Source: a virus. From it: a stretch of DNA of 64,000 nucleotides. Shown here in pieces: positions 46,914 to 55,459 of the stretch. Under the pieces are notes generated by a model. It searched no databases and was not told where the DNA came from. It saw nothing but the letters and a program-made list of their open reading frames with translations. The translations under genes and the position numbers were made by a program. The stretch is from positions 32,001-96,000 of IMG/VR virus record IMGVR_UViG_3300020391_000004. One strand, 5' to 3'. Every line of letters starts with the position of its first letter. Positions within the stretch are counted from its first letter, which is position 1.

Positions 46914-47379
46914 TCGCTATCATTTGGTGTCCTTGTTCAAGAGGATGTCCATTAGGTCCTTTTGGTGCTTCGTAGCACCATTCTACTAGTCTACCTATAT
47001 AGCAATTTAAATTTATAGGCTCGTCCCAGGTTGTACAAAAATAATGTGGTATATCCAAAAATTTATCTAATGCAATCATTTGTGTAGCAAGTTTTTGTCT
47101 TGCCCATTCTTCGTCCCATTCAGTAAATAAGCCTGGACTAGTATTAGGAGTATGTTGATACCCATTTATTTCTATTCTGTTAGGAGTAGTCCATGCTACA
47201 ATAACTGTGTCAACAGTATGTTTATGCAGATAACCTATTGTATTTCTAAATATATAATCATTACTAGCTCCAGGCACTGCTAAGTTTACTACATCTTTAC
47301 CAAGCAAATAGGGCCAAGACAGTTTAGGATCGCTTAGTTCACTTCCATAAGTAAAACTATCACCTATAGTTAATATCAT
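46891..47379 (-). CDS. SGNH hydrolase-like protein, paralog 4
   Basis: IGDSFTYG, NLAVPGASN, GHPLEQGH. Confidence 0.65.
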   Translation of the reverse strand: MILTIGDSFTYGSELSDPKLSWPYLLGKDVVNLAVPGASNDYIFRNTIGYLHKHTVDTVIVAWTTPNRIEINGYQHTPNTSPGLFTEWDEEWARQKLATQMIALDKFLDIPHYFCTTWDEPINLNCYIGRLVEWCYEAPKGPNGHPLEQGHQMIASEIAKYI

Positions 47380-47561
47380 TATCCTATCTCATCATTAAGC
47401 GGAAGTATTGTAATGATAACTTGCCAGTTATTTGGATCATCAAACTCAAACTTGTTAACTCCTGCTTCATCAGCACGTTCTTTTGAATCATATACTCCAA
47501 CTAACTTAGTATAACCTGATTTTTTGTTCTGTTTTTCCACCAAATAAATGCTAGTTGTCAT
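47379..47561 (-). CDS. Small hypothetical protein
   Basis: 60-aa ORF coupled on both sides. Confidence 0.55.
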   Translation of the reverse strand: MTTSIYLVEKQNKKSGYTKLVGVYDSKERADEAGVNKFEFDDPNNWQVIITILPLNDEIG

Positions 47562-47953
47562 AATATTGCTATTCTTTTTTGAATATTATCTACAAGACTA
47601 CTTAGCCCGTTTCTCCGTTGTGCAGTAAGTAATTGTCTTATTCCTAGTAACTCTATATCCTGTTTTGTAATTGTTTTAGCTTCTTCTAAATTAATATCAG
47701 TAAAACAATCACAAATGATACTAGTGATACCTTTTGTGATCATTGCATCACTATCGTAATAAACTTTTACAAGATTGTCTACAACTCCAACATCAATCCA
47801 TATTTTACTCATACAACCTCTAACCAGTCTATCATCAGTTCTTAATTCTTTTGGCAATGATGTGATGTGTTTGGCTAAATCTATTATATAAAATAACCTA
47901 TCATTCTCATCTAAATATTCGAACTCTTCTTTCCACTTTTGTATCTTATTCAT
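47558..47953 (-). CDS. sufE: SufE family sulfur acceptor protein
   Basis: V.GCMS.IW (acceptor Cys), DSDA.I.KG, QRRNGL. Confidence 0.85.
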   Translation of the reverse strand: MNKIQKWKEEFEYLDENDRLFYIIDLAKHITSLPKELRTDDRLVRGCMSKIWIDVGVVDNLVKVYYDSDAMITKGITSIICDCFTDINLEEAKTITKQDIELLGIRQLLTAQRRNGLSSLVDNIQKRIAIL

Positions 47954-48312
47954 TCTTCTGGGCCTGGGTTAGGACTAAAATCTTTTGTCTTATCTTTATC
48001 ATATCCGTTTGCAGGATTAAGTGCGTCTGCATTAGGCAATGGCTCTAACTTTTTAGTAATGTTGGGCCAAGCATCAGGCCCTGTACTATGTTTTGTATTG
48101 ATGTCTAACCAATATTGTAATTCGCTTGTCATAACAGTGTCAGGCACTATTGCATCTGCAGGGCATTCAGGTTCACAAACTCCGCAATCTATACATTCGT
48201 CTGGATTAATCACAACTGTATTTTCGCCTACATAGAAACAATCTACGGGACAAACTTCAACACAGTCAGTGAATCTGCAATTAATGCATTTATCGTTTAC
48301 AATATATGTCAT
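47950..48312 (-). CDS. fdxA: FdxA-type 7Fe/8Fe ferredoxin
   Basis: [16 protein letters not shown] and [12 protein letters not shown]; WPNIT.K tail. Confidence 0.9.
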   Translation of the reverse strand: MTYIVNDKCINCRFTDCVEVCPVDCFYVGENTVVINPDECIDCGVCEPECPADAIVPDTVMTSELQYWLDINTKHSTGPDAWPNITKKLEPLPNADALNPANGYDKDKTKDFSPNPGPEE

Positions 48313-48330
48313 GAAATACTTTTCTATAGT

Positions 48331-48368
48331 AAAAAGAGCGAGTAACTATATTTATAATTACCCGCTCT
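48331..48368 (-). terminator. Intrinsic terminator with TATAAATA in its loop
   Basis: AGAGCGGGTAA/TTACTCGCTCT 11-bp stem (one G-U), T run, TATAAATA at 48349-48356. Confidence 0.75.
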
Positions 48369-48377
48369 AGTAAATGA

Positions 48378-48418
48378 ATCGCGATCGGAGGAGAGAGAGG
48401 AGAGAGAGTCACGCGATC
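48378..48418. repeat. Purine/pyrimidine tract (AGGAGAGAG x2) bracketed by CGCGATC direct repeats
   Basis: GGAGGAGAGAGAGGAGAGAGAG at 48387-48408; ATCGCG/CGCGAT can form a closing stem. Confidence 0.8.
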
Positions 48419-48426
48419 CAAACTGT

Positions 48427-49473
48427 TTACACTCGCTTCATACAAGTGCTTTCTGCTAGTACCTTCCAATTGCTAGGACTAATCTTAGCAAGGTCGGCTA
48501 CTTTCAAAGCCATTCTTAAACTTACTTCCCTGAACTTGTTACAGTTATCAGCGATAAAGTCTATAACTTCTGTTTCTAATTCTTTACTCATATCGTAACC
48601 TTTAAATAGATCACCTTTATCTGCAATTTGTTTAACTCTAAGAATTTTATCTCTCATAGTATCTAATGTAAGATCCAAATAATGACATCTACTTTGTAGA
48701 GCTTCAAGATGATCTTGTAACTTCTTACTCCTAACATTCTCAAATTTAATGTTAGTAATAAAACAAGCACTGCCTTTAAATTCAAACTTATCTGGTATAC
48801 CTTCACTTCTTAATTTGTTACTTTCGGCATTCCAATATATCATTCTCTTCTTACCACTATCAAGTGCAGCCTTAAGAATGTTAAGTGCAAGATCATCCAT
48901 TAATACACTATCACAGTCATCAAACACTAAAACATTGCCTTTGTCTGAAAACTCATATAACTTTGCATAAAGTCCTAGTGCAGTCATTGCACCTTTAACA
49001 ACTTCGTACTTACGTCTGCTACCTGCCATATCACCAAACAAACTACTTTTGTTTAGTTCTTCTTCAACACCATAACTTTTACCAACCCCCGGAGGACCAG
49101 TAACAATTAATGCTCTTATATCACTGTTTACAAGAGACTTAGTCATCTGATCTAATATCTCAAATCTAGTGCCAATTTCTGCAATTCTTTTTGCATCTTG
49201 TTCTGCAGTAAACTTAGGCTCTGCTTTTGCAACTACATCTGCTTTTGCACCTTCTTGCACATTAAAACTATCTTGCTCAACAAACTTAATATCTTCAGGT
49301 GTGTTTACTGCAACACGAATTTTTGTAGCCATATCACCAAATCTACAACTACCGTTGACAGTAACAAAACCTCCACCATCTTTTTTACTTTGAAAATTCT
49401 TAATTAAAGGAAATACAGTATTCTGTACTGCTTGATTCCTGTAACTACCGTTCTTGACTAATACATATGACAT
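48427..49473 (-). CDS. AAA+/P-loop ATPase
   Basis: GPPGVGKS Walker A, VFDDCD Walker B, ITN sensor, SRC. Confidence 0.8.
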   Translation of the reverse strand: MSYVLVKNGSYRNQAVQNTVFPLIKNFQSKKDGGGFVTVNGSCRFGDMATKIRVAVNTPEDIKFVEQDSFNVQEGAKADVVAKAEPKFTAEQDAKRIAEIGTRFEILDQMTKSLVNSDIRALIVTGPPGVGKSYGVEEELNKSSLFGDMAGSRRKYEVVKGAMTALGLYAKLYEFSDKGNVLVFDDCDSVLMDDLALNILKAALDSGKKRMIYWNAESNKLRSEGIPDKFEFKGSACFITNIKFENVRSKKLQDHLEALQSRCHYLDLTLDTMRDKILRVKQIADKGDLFKGYDMSKELETEVIDFIADNCNKFREVSLRMALKVADLAKISPSNWKVLAESTCMKRV

Positions 49474-49499
49474 TCATCTCTCCATTTATGTCTTTGTTT

Positions 49500-49781
49500 T
49501 TAACTATAATTAATAATAACATCTTTATTATCTGTGTCAACCTTAAAACCTAAATATTCTGCAGTTTCATAAATTAACTTTAATCTTTTTACACCTATAC
49601 CAGGGATTTTAAGTAATTCTTTTTGAGTAATAGTTAAATCATTATAATTACATTCAAACTGACTGGCAAAAAAATCCATCTTTCTAAGTTCACCTGGAGT
49701 TTTACCTAATACTGCAAAATCAGACTTTAATTTATTATAAGGTATACTTTCATATTTACGAGCAAAATCACCAAATGTCAT
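49500..49781 (-). CDS. Small HhH protein resembling the RNA polymerase alpha C-terminal domain
   Basis: TQKELLKIPGIGVKRLKLI versus the alpha-CTD pattern [19 protein letters not shown]. Confidence 0.5.
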   Translation of the reverse strand: MTFGDFARKYESIPYNKLKSDFAVLGKTPGELRKMDFFASQFECNYNDLTITQKELLKIPGIGVKRLKLIYETAEYLGFKVDTDNKDVIINYS

Positions 49782-50020
49782 TATATCATCTCATCTTGTG
49801 AATATTTGTAAGTATTATATTGATCTTTGTAACATTCTACAAAATTGTAAATAGTTTTAACAAGTTTTATATCCTTAACACCACCAGTTGATTGGGCAAT
49901 ATCCATCATACTTAGTAGATCTTTTTCTGCACTACTTATTGAATCATGCTTACCAGTTTCATATTCAACTGTAACACTATCTTCTTTAACTACACCTGTT
50001 AATTGTATTTTCTTTTTCAT
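49781..50020 (-). CDS. Hypothetical early protein
   Basis: AGGAGAGA RBS; first gene after a promoter. Confidence 0.6.
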   Translation of the reverse strand: MKKKIQLTGVVKEDSVTVEYETGKHDSISSAEKDLLSMMDIAQSTGGVKDIKLVKTIYNFVECYKDQYNTYKYSQDEMI

Positions 50021-50052
50021 AAAGTTCTCTCCTAATTTCTAACTATGCTGTT

Positions 50053-50080
50053 ATAATAACATCGTTAGGATAGTTGTCAA
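50053..50080 (-). promoter_or_regulatory. Early sigma70-type promoter cassette
   Basis: GGTTGACA-N13-TGT-TATTAT; 27 nt identical to 56025-56051. Confidence 0.75.
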
Positions 50081-50081
50081 C

Positions 50082-50516
50082 CTATGTACTGAACTTTTTA
50101 ATTCTTTTTTCATGTCTACCACCATCAAATTTTGTTTGTAAAAATGTATCTACAATATCTATTGTATCTGGTTCCAATGTTTGTAATGATCCGCCTAAAC
50201 ATAAAATATTACAATTACCATGTGATCTAGCCTGTTCTGCTAATTCAATATTAAAACATAATGCTGCTCTTATATTTCTATGTTTATTTGCAGTAATAGC
50301 CATTCCTTGTCCAGTTCCACAAACTAATATTCCATAATCATATCCATTATGTAGTACGTAGTGTACTACTTTTTCAGCATAGTCCGGATAATCAACACTG
50401 TCCTCACTATGAGTGCCTAAATCAACATAGGCATGTTCTGTACTATCTAAATGTTCTTTTATCCATTCTTTTAATTTATAACCACCGTGATCACTTGCTA
50501 TTGCTATTCTCATTGT
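50082..50516 (-). CDS. rpiB: Ribose-5-phosphate isomerase B
   Basis: ASDHGG, VDYPD, CGTGQG, HGNCNIL, GGRH; start MRIAI. Confidence 0.92.
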   Translation of the reverse strand, partial: TMRIAIASDHGGYKLKEWIKEHLDSTEHAYVDLGTHSEDSVDYPDYAEKVVHYVLHNGYDYGILVCGTGQGMAITANKHRNIRAALCFNIELAEQARSHGNCNILCLGGSLQTLEPDTIDIVDTFLQTKFDGGRHEKRIKKFST

Positions 50517-51595
50517 AAATACCTTTTTGTACAAAGCCAACCAATTAATCTTTTATTTAAACCTGTAAATTTTTTATTATAAAGCAAAGGTCTCCATTGT
50601 TCTACTAAGTCATTATAAGACTCCGAACCTTCCCAATTGGGCCATTCTTTTGCCCACTTATAATGAGTCACTTCATCATTCCATTTATGAGATCCAAAAT
50701 AATTATCTACTATATAGTTTAAATCTCTCATATTAGGTTTTATCAAAAATCTTTCATGCATAAAGATTCTACCTAAACTTTCATTTAAACTTTTAAATGC
50801 TCCGTTATTATTAGTTTTGTATACTATATCTGTGCCTGTAAATTGTTTATTTTTTATTAGCCATTTTTTTGCAAGATGTGATTGTTTAATAATTAACGGA
50901 GCACTTCCAATATAAAACATTTCTAAGTTTGATTCGCCCCAAGACTCATCATCTTGGTCATAAAAAAGAGAATGGTATCCTTTTTCATCTTTGTAAATAA
51001 AAGGTTTGTTTCCTCCTGTTAGGATACAACCATTTTTTAATATCTTTTGATATAAAGCAGGATGCCTAATTTGCACTGTTGATTCATACCCTATATGATG
51101 CATTACTAATAGATAATTTGTTTTAGAAATATCATTGCCTGGCTTATGATTAAAAATACTATTCCCTTCATAATTATCTAATTTACGATCGTATAAAACT
51201 TTTGCTCCCATAAGTTTATCTTTATTTTCATTTAAATATTTTATAGAAAGTTGTGTATCTAAATTCCATTTTGTATCTGGATTACGCCCAACATACCATA
51301 CACAAATATAATCTAATGGTATTTTATATTTTATAAAAGTTTGTAATAATGTATGACAATCAGTTCCGCCACCATAACACAACACAATTGTATCATATTT
51401 TTCCCGTAATTGTATTGCACGTTGTCTTTGTAATTCTTCAACAGTTTCATCTGGTTCAATTGTCCAATCATATCCATCTAAGTATTCATCTAAAAGATAA
51501 GCATTAAATGATAATAATGGATTATCAATTGCATATTTAACTGCTATAAATTTATTATTAAAATATTGATCGCCTACTCTCCATCCCCACTGCAT
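50510..51595 (-). CDS. Adenine nucleotide alpha-hydrolase (PP-loop)-like protein
   Basis: LCYGGGTDC, a variant of SGGxDS. Confidence 0.4.
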   Translation of the reverse strand: MQWGWRVGDQYFNNKFIAVKYAIDNPLLSFNAYLLDEYLDGYDWTIEPDETVEELQRQRAIQLREKYDTIVLCYGGGTDCHTLLQTFIKYKIPLDYICVWYVGRNPDTKWNLDTQLSIKYLNENKDKLMGAKVLYDRKLDNYEGNSIFNHKPGNDISKTNYLLVMHHIGYESTVQIRHPALYQKILKNGCILTGGNKPFIYKDEKGYHSLFYDQDDESWGESNLEMFYIGSAPLIIKQSHLAKKWLIKNKQFTGTDIVYKTNNNGAFKSLNESLGRIFMHERFLIKPNMRDLNYIVDNYFGSHKWNDEVTHYKWAKEWPNWEGSESYNDLVEQWRPLLYNKKFTGLNKRLIGWLCTKRYLQ

Positions 51596-52918
51596 TTAGT
51601 TCGCTCCTGCATAATATTCATTTATCATTAAAAATGTATAAAAGTGATCTAAAAGGATATGTCCTACTACCATCCAAAATATAAAAGGAATATAATTAAC
51701 TTGAGGAGTTTTCCAGGCAATAAATGTTGCAATACAAAATAAGACCATATTGAATAGTCCTTGTCCTTGTGTTGTTTCCCCTACCAAATAAGTTGTAAAA
51801 CAAAGAATAAAAAATACTACAATTTTAAGTATAGTATTATTATTAGGAACAATTTTTACAAAATGTTTTGCAAATTTAATTGCTAATGTTAGTGCTATTA
51901 GGTTTACAAGTAATAATAAATGCCACTGATTTGAAAGTAATCCTAATACTTCATTAGCACTATTTTCCCAACCTTTAATATCAAGCATTGCATAAATTAT
52001 TGCTTCACTGCCTGTTATAGGTATTCCAAACATCAATAATGGAAATAATTGTGTAATACTTCCTGCATTATTTGCAGTTTCACTGCTTGTTAAACAATAA
52101 GTATTACCAGGCTTATAATTATTTTGAATTCTTTTTTCTGCAAGATAAGATAAATGTGATGCACTAATAGTTGTTAGTCCGGGCAATAGCCCTCCTAAAC
52201 TACCTATTAAAGACCCTCTTAGTATACACCATTTATGTGCAAATAACGACTTTATTCTTAGAAACTTTTCGCGACTTAATAGTTCTTTTTGGGAATGATC
52301 TTCAGCTGAAAGCACCTCCTTCATACTTAAAAGACCTGCACATAAAGGAAAAAAATGAATACCTTGACTAAAAATTAAAATATCAAAATATGTTAATGGA
52401 ATATTTGTATTCCCACTATATCCAATATGGCATAATCCTATTGCTAAAATTATTAAAAAAACATCTAACATAAGTTTATTTTTAGTAGTCCATATTAAAC
52501 TAATTCCTACAATGGCAAACAAAACAGACTTTTCAAAACTTGTCAATGATAAACTTATAGTAGCTAATGCCATCAAACCAATAGCAATTAATCCAAATGT
52601 TGTACCTATAAAACTACCTACACCTGTCAAAAAAATTGCTTTTTGACCTTGGCCTTGTTTAGATAAATTATAACCTTCAACCACTGCAGGAAAGCTACTT
52701 GCTTCTCCTGCTATGCCGAGATATATAGCAGTTACACTTCCAAAGTATTGGGCACTACATACCATACATGTGTAGAACATTAATAGTTCAACAGGTTGTA
52801 AATCAAGCAGAAGAGGATATAGAATAGCACATGCCACAAACATTCCTACTCCAGGAACACAACCGCATATAATTCCTACTGTGCTTCCTATTAAGGCTGC
52901 TTGTAAAATTTCATACAT
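51596..52918 (-). CDS. TctA-family tripartite tricarboxylate transporter membrane subunit
   Basis: G.VPGVG, YFGS..AI..GI.GEASS, GLLPGL, ETANNAG, L.FGIP.TG. Confidence 0.8.
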   Translation of the reverse strand: MYEILQAALIGSTVGIICGCVPGVGMFVACAILYPLLLDLQPVELLMFYTCMVCSAQYFGSVTAIYLGIAGEASSFPAVVEGYNLSKQGQGQKAIFLTGVGSFIGTTFGLIAIGLMALATISLSLTSFEKSVLFAIVGISLIWTTKNKLMLDVFLIILAIGLCHIGYSGNTNIPLTYFDILIFSQGIHFFPLCAGLLSMKEVLSAEDHSQKELLSREKFLRIKSLFAHKWCILRGSLIGSLGGLLPGLTTISASHLSYLAEKRIQNNYKPGNTYCLTSSETANNAGSITQLFPLLMFGIPITGSEAIIYAMLDIKGWENSANEVLGLLSNQWHLLLLVNLIALTLAIKFAKHFVKIVPNNNTILKIVVFFILCFTTYLVGETTQGQGLFNMVLFCIATFIAWKTPQVNYIPFIFWMVVGHILLDHFYTFLMINEYYAGAN

Positions 52919-52929
52919 TTAATTGTATA

Positions 52930-53817
52930 TTAGTACTGATCCCAGCCTAATTCTTTTTCCATTGTAATTTGTGTACTTTTATCAAAAGTTAATCTTAGTT
53001 TCTTTTTGTTAGTGTACACTCCGATATTGCCTGTGTTATTTTTTACATCTTCTTTCATAGAATTAGATATAGTTTTAGCAATATCATTTTTATCGTTAAA
53101 AACAAACCATGTACTTAACCATGCCCTTGTCAACTTAGAATTATTAAAATAATCTGCTAACTTAGGAATACCTTTAACTTTATCTTGTTCAATAGTTTTT
53201 AATATAATGGTATATTCATTTTTAATTTTTTGTAATCTTAAAAAGTGTCTATATGATGTCCAAACTGCATCAATTTCTTCCGATGCCATTCCTGCCCTCA
53301 TTTTTGAACTACCATTGTAACCAACGAATACATGATCAGAACCCCATGAATTATTCATTTGATTATGCCATTCTCTTTCTACAGAGCTACTGCCTGAGTA
53401 ACCAATCTTTAATCTTTTATTTTTAAAATCTTCTATTGATAATCCTTTGGTCTTTATTACCAAATATAATCCACCTACTTTACTAACTATAGGAGTTGCA
53501 CCTTTAAAACTTACATATGGACAAGCTGGATCATTTTTTAATTTACTTACCAACTGATAATAGTTTTCATAATGTGTTAAAAATGTACTGCCTTTGGCTT
53601 GTTTACTAACGACTGCAAAGCCTTTACATGCACTGCCAGGAACAATCGCATCAAGTGTAATTTTGCCATACTTACCTTGCTTACTGTCCTTAGCCATTAG
53701 TTGTGCAAAAGCATTAGTACCACCACCTGTGGATCCTGTAACAATCATTGGAATAGTTTCAGAAAAAACTTTAGTTGTAAACATAAACAAAAAAATTGCA
53801 AAAAATATTTTTTTCAT
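52930..53817 (-). CDS. TctC/Bug-like periplasmic substrate-binding protein (divergent)
   Basis: Signal peptide, IV.G..GGGTNAFA, PG..C.G, VGYNGS...AGM...E.D; adjacent to tctA. Confidence 0.6.
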   Translation of the reverse strand: MKKIFFAIFLFMFTTKVFSETIPMIVTGSTGGGTNAFAQLMAKDSKQGKYGKITLDAIVPGSACKGFAVVSKQAKGSTFLTHYENYYQLVSKLKNDPACPYVSFKGATPIVSKVGGLYLVIKTKGLSIEDFKNKRLKIGYSGSSSVEREWHNQMNNSWGSDHVFVGYNGSSKMRAGMASEEIDAVWTSYRHFLRLQKIKNEYTIILKTIEQDKVKGIPKLADYFNNSKLTRAWLSTWFVFNDKNDIAKTISNSMKEDVKNNTGNIGVYTNKKKLRLTFDKSTQITMEKELGWDQY

Positions 53818-53852
53818 AGATTAATCCTTTACCTTAAAATATTATTATGTTG

Positions 53853-53882
53853 ATTATACATAAAATTATAATGCACTGTCAA
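53853..53882 (-). promoter_or_regulatory. sigma70-type promoter for the tctC-tctA operon
   Basis: TTGACA-N18-TATAAT. Confidence 0.6.
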
Positions 53883-54003
53883 CTTTAAAATTTGTTTGAA
53901 TATCGACTTATTAATTAGGATAGGGCGTTCTTGTAAGTAAAGAGTATAACTCAGGCGTCCATTTTTGTATCCACGTCTAAGAAAGGCGTTGTCGACTATA
54001 TAT

Positions 54004-54633
54004 TTATTTTGCTAAACTAAGCACTCTATTTGCTTTTGGTTTTCCTCTGACGTTTGCTAACCATCTTTCAGTTGGTCCACAATTCACTGCACCGTGAGGA
54101 GTTACAGTGCCAGTTATTTTATAGCAATCGCCACTTTTCCAATTAGTAATTGCATCTTCACCCCATAGCACAACCTGACCTAATCCCCAATCATTTAAGA
54201 AAACAAAATATCTTTCCCAATCGTCGTCAGCAGTAAAGTCATAGTGCATCCATAACATATCACCTGGCAACTGCTTGTTAATTTTTACAGGACTATATAT
54301 TGAATCATTAGGCATTTCAAGCCCTAAGTCATCCATAATTTTTTTAAAAGGAGAATAGTTAATACAATACTTACTAGGAGATTCTCTGTACATGTATTGT
54401 GATTTGTTTACATATCTTGTACTATCTGTTGTAGGAAAAATACCTTCGTCACGTTCTTGTTTTACTCTCCAGTTCCATGCAAACCAGTCAGTGTTAGTCC
54501 AATCAATATCTTTGAAATCATTATGAATTTCTGTAAAGTTTACATTTAATCTACCTATGTATTCATATTCAGTTCTTATAGGTTGATTATCTAACCCTCT
54601 TAGTTTACGAGCACGATCCCATCTATTGTCCAT
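54004..54633 (-). CDS. Cupin/2OG-Fe(II) oxygenase-like protein, paralog 2
   Basis: QLPGD.LWMHYD, W.SGD, PHGAVN.G. Confidence 0.5.
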   Translation of the reverse strand: MDNRWDRARKLRGLDNQPIRTEYEYIGRLNVNFTEIHNDFKDIDWTNTDWFAWNWRVKQERDEGIFPTTDSTRYVNKSQYMYRESPSKYCINYSPFKKIMDDLGLEMPNDSIYSPVKINKQLPGDMLWMHYDFTADDDWERYFVFLNDWGLGQVVLWGEDAITNWKSGDCYKITGTVTPHGAVNCGPTERWLANVRGKPKANRVLSLAK

Positions 54634-54636
54634 AAA

Positions 54637-54849
54637 TTATTTGGCTTCTTTTTGACTTATTGCAAGTTTAGTACAAACGTAACTTTTTCCGTTTGGTGAG
54701 TCAATTGTAATAGCAGGTAATCCAGGTGTAGCTTCTCTACAAGGAACACTATACCACCAGTTACCTTCTTTAATTTGTTTACTGCTTGTATCTATAAATT
54801 CTTTATTGTCAATTCCAAACAATGCTAAAATTGCTATTGCTAGTGCCAT
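54637..54849 (-). CDS. Small exported/membrane hypothetical protein
   Basis: Hydrophobic N-terminus, two Cys, GGAG RBS. Confidence 0.55.
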   Translation of the reverse strand: MALAIAILALFGIDNKEFIDTSSKQIKEGNWWYSVPCREATPGLPAITIDSPNGKSYVCTKLAISQKEAK

Positions 54850-54880
54850 TTTTAATCTCCTATTTAATAACTATTTACAA

Positions 54881-55054
54881 TTAATCTTCTTTTTTATTTG
54901 AAGCCTTAGGTCTACCTGGACCTTTTTTCCAAACACTAAGAACTGCACCTTCGGTTACTGCACCAGTGTCACACTTTTTTATTTCGCCACCTTTTTCAAG
55001 GAATTCAGTAATTTGTCTTTCATGTTCTTCAGCTTCACGTCTTGTCATTGCCAT
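54881..55054 (-). CDS. SutA-like putative RNA polymerase-binding protein (57 aa)
   Basis: Hand translation MAMTRREAEEHERQITEFLEKGGEIKKC...GPGRPK; EFL..GG.I motif; GGAG RBS. Confidence 0.55.
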   Translation of the reverse strand: MAMTRREAEEHERQITEFLEKGGEIKKCDTGAVTEGAVLSVWKKGPGRPKASNKKED

Positions 55055-55082
55055 TTATATACTCCTAATTTACTAACAATTC

Positions 55083-55141
55083 AAAAAAAAATCCATAAGC
55101 CTTCTAATACGGAGTTATTAGTTGACTTATGGATTATCCAT
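55083..55141 (-). terminator. Leader terminator with a competing upstream hairpin
   Basis: ATCCATAAG/CTTATGGAT stem plus 8-9 T; overlapping ATGGA-TAA-TCCAT alternative. Confidence 0.65.
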
Positions 55142-55182
55142 TTCGTATCCCCGAATACTTAATGAATTCTAATTATAAAAAC

Positions 55183-55211
55183 ATTATAGTGTATTTAGAG
55201 GATAAAGTCAA
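55183..55211 (-). promoter_or_regulatory. sigma70 promoter
   Basis: TTGACT-N17-TATAAT. Confidence 0.7.
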
Positions 55212-55246
55212 CCTTTATGTAAAGATAATTTACATATTACCTTACA

Positions 55247-55459
55247 TTAGATAAGCATAGGTAACTTGGGCCATGGCGTATTGATGCCGTTCTTATGATC
55301 CAAGTAAGTCATAACTAATTCTAATTCAAATGACTCATTCATTGCTAAAAAATCAATTAAAGCATCAAAGCCAATTGCACCTTCAAAAATAAAGTCATCT
55401 ACAGGATTATCCTGTATAAACATTTCAGCCGCTGTGCGGTAAGTTTCATTTGAAAACAT
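55247..55459 (-). CDS. Hypothetical early protein
   Basis: AGGAGAGA RBS. Confidence 0.6.
   Translation of the reverse strand: MFSNETYRTAAEMFIQDNPVDDFIFEGAIGFDALIDFLAMNESFELELVMTYLDHKNGINTPWPKLPMLI

Noticed and set aside
55100-55160. tRNA (TTCGTATCC resembles a T-loop)
   Set aside because: No complementary T-stem, acceptor stem or cloverleaf.
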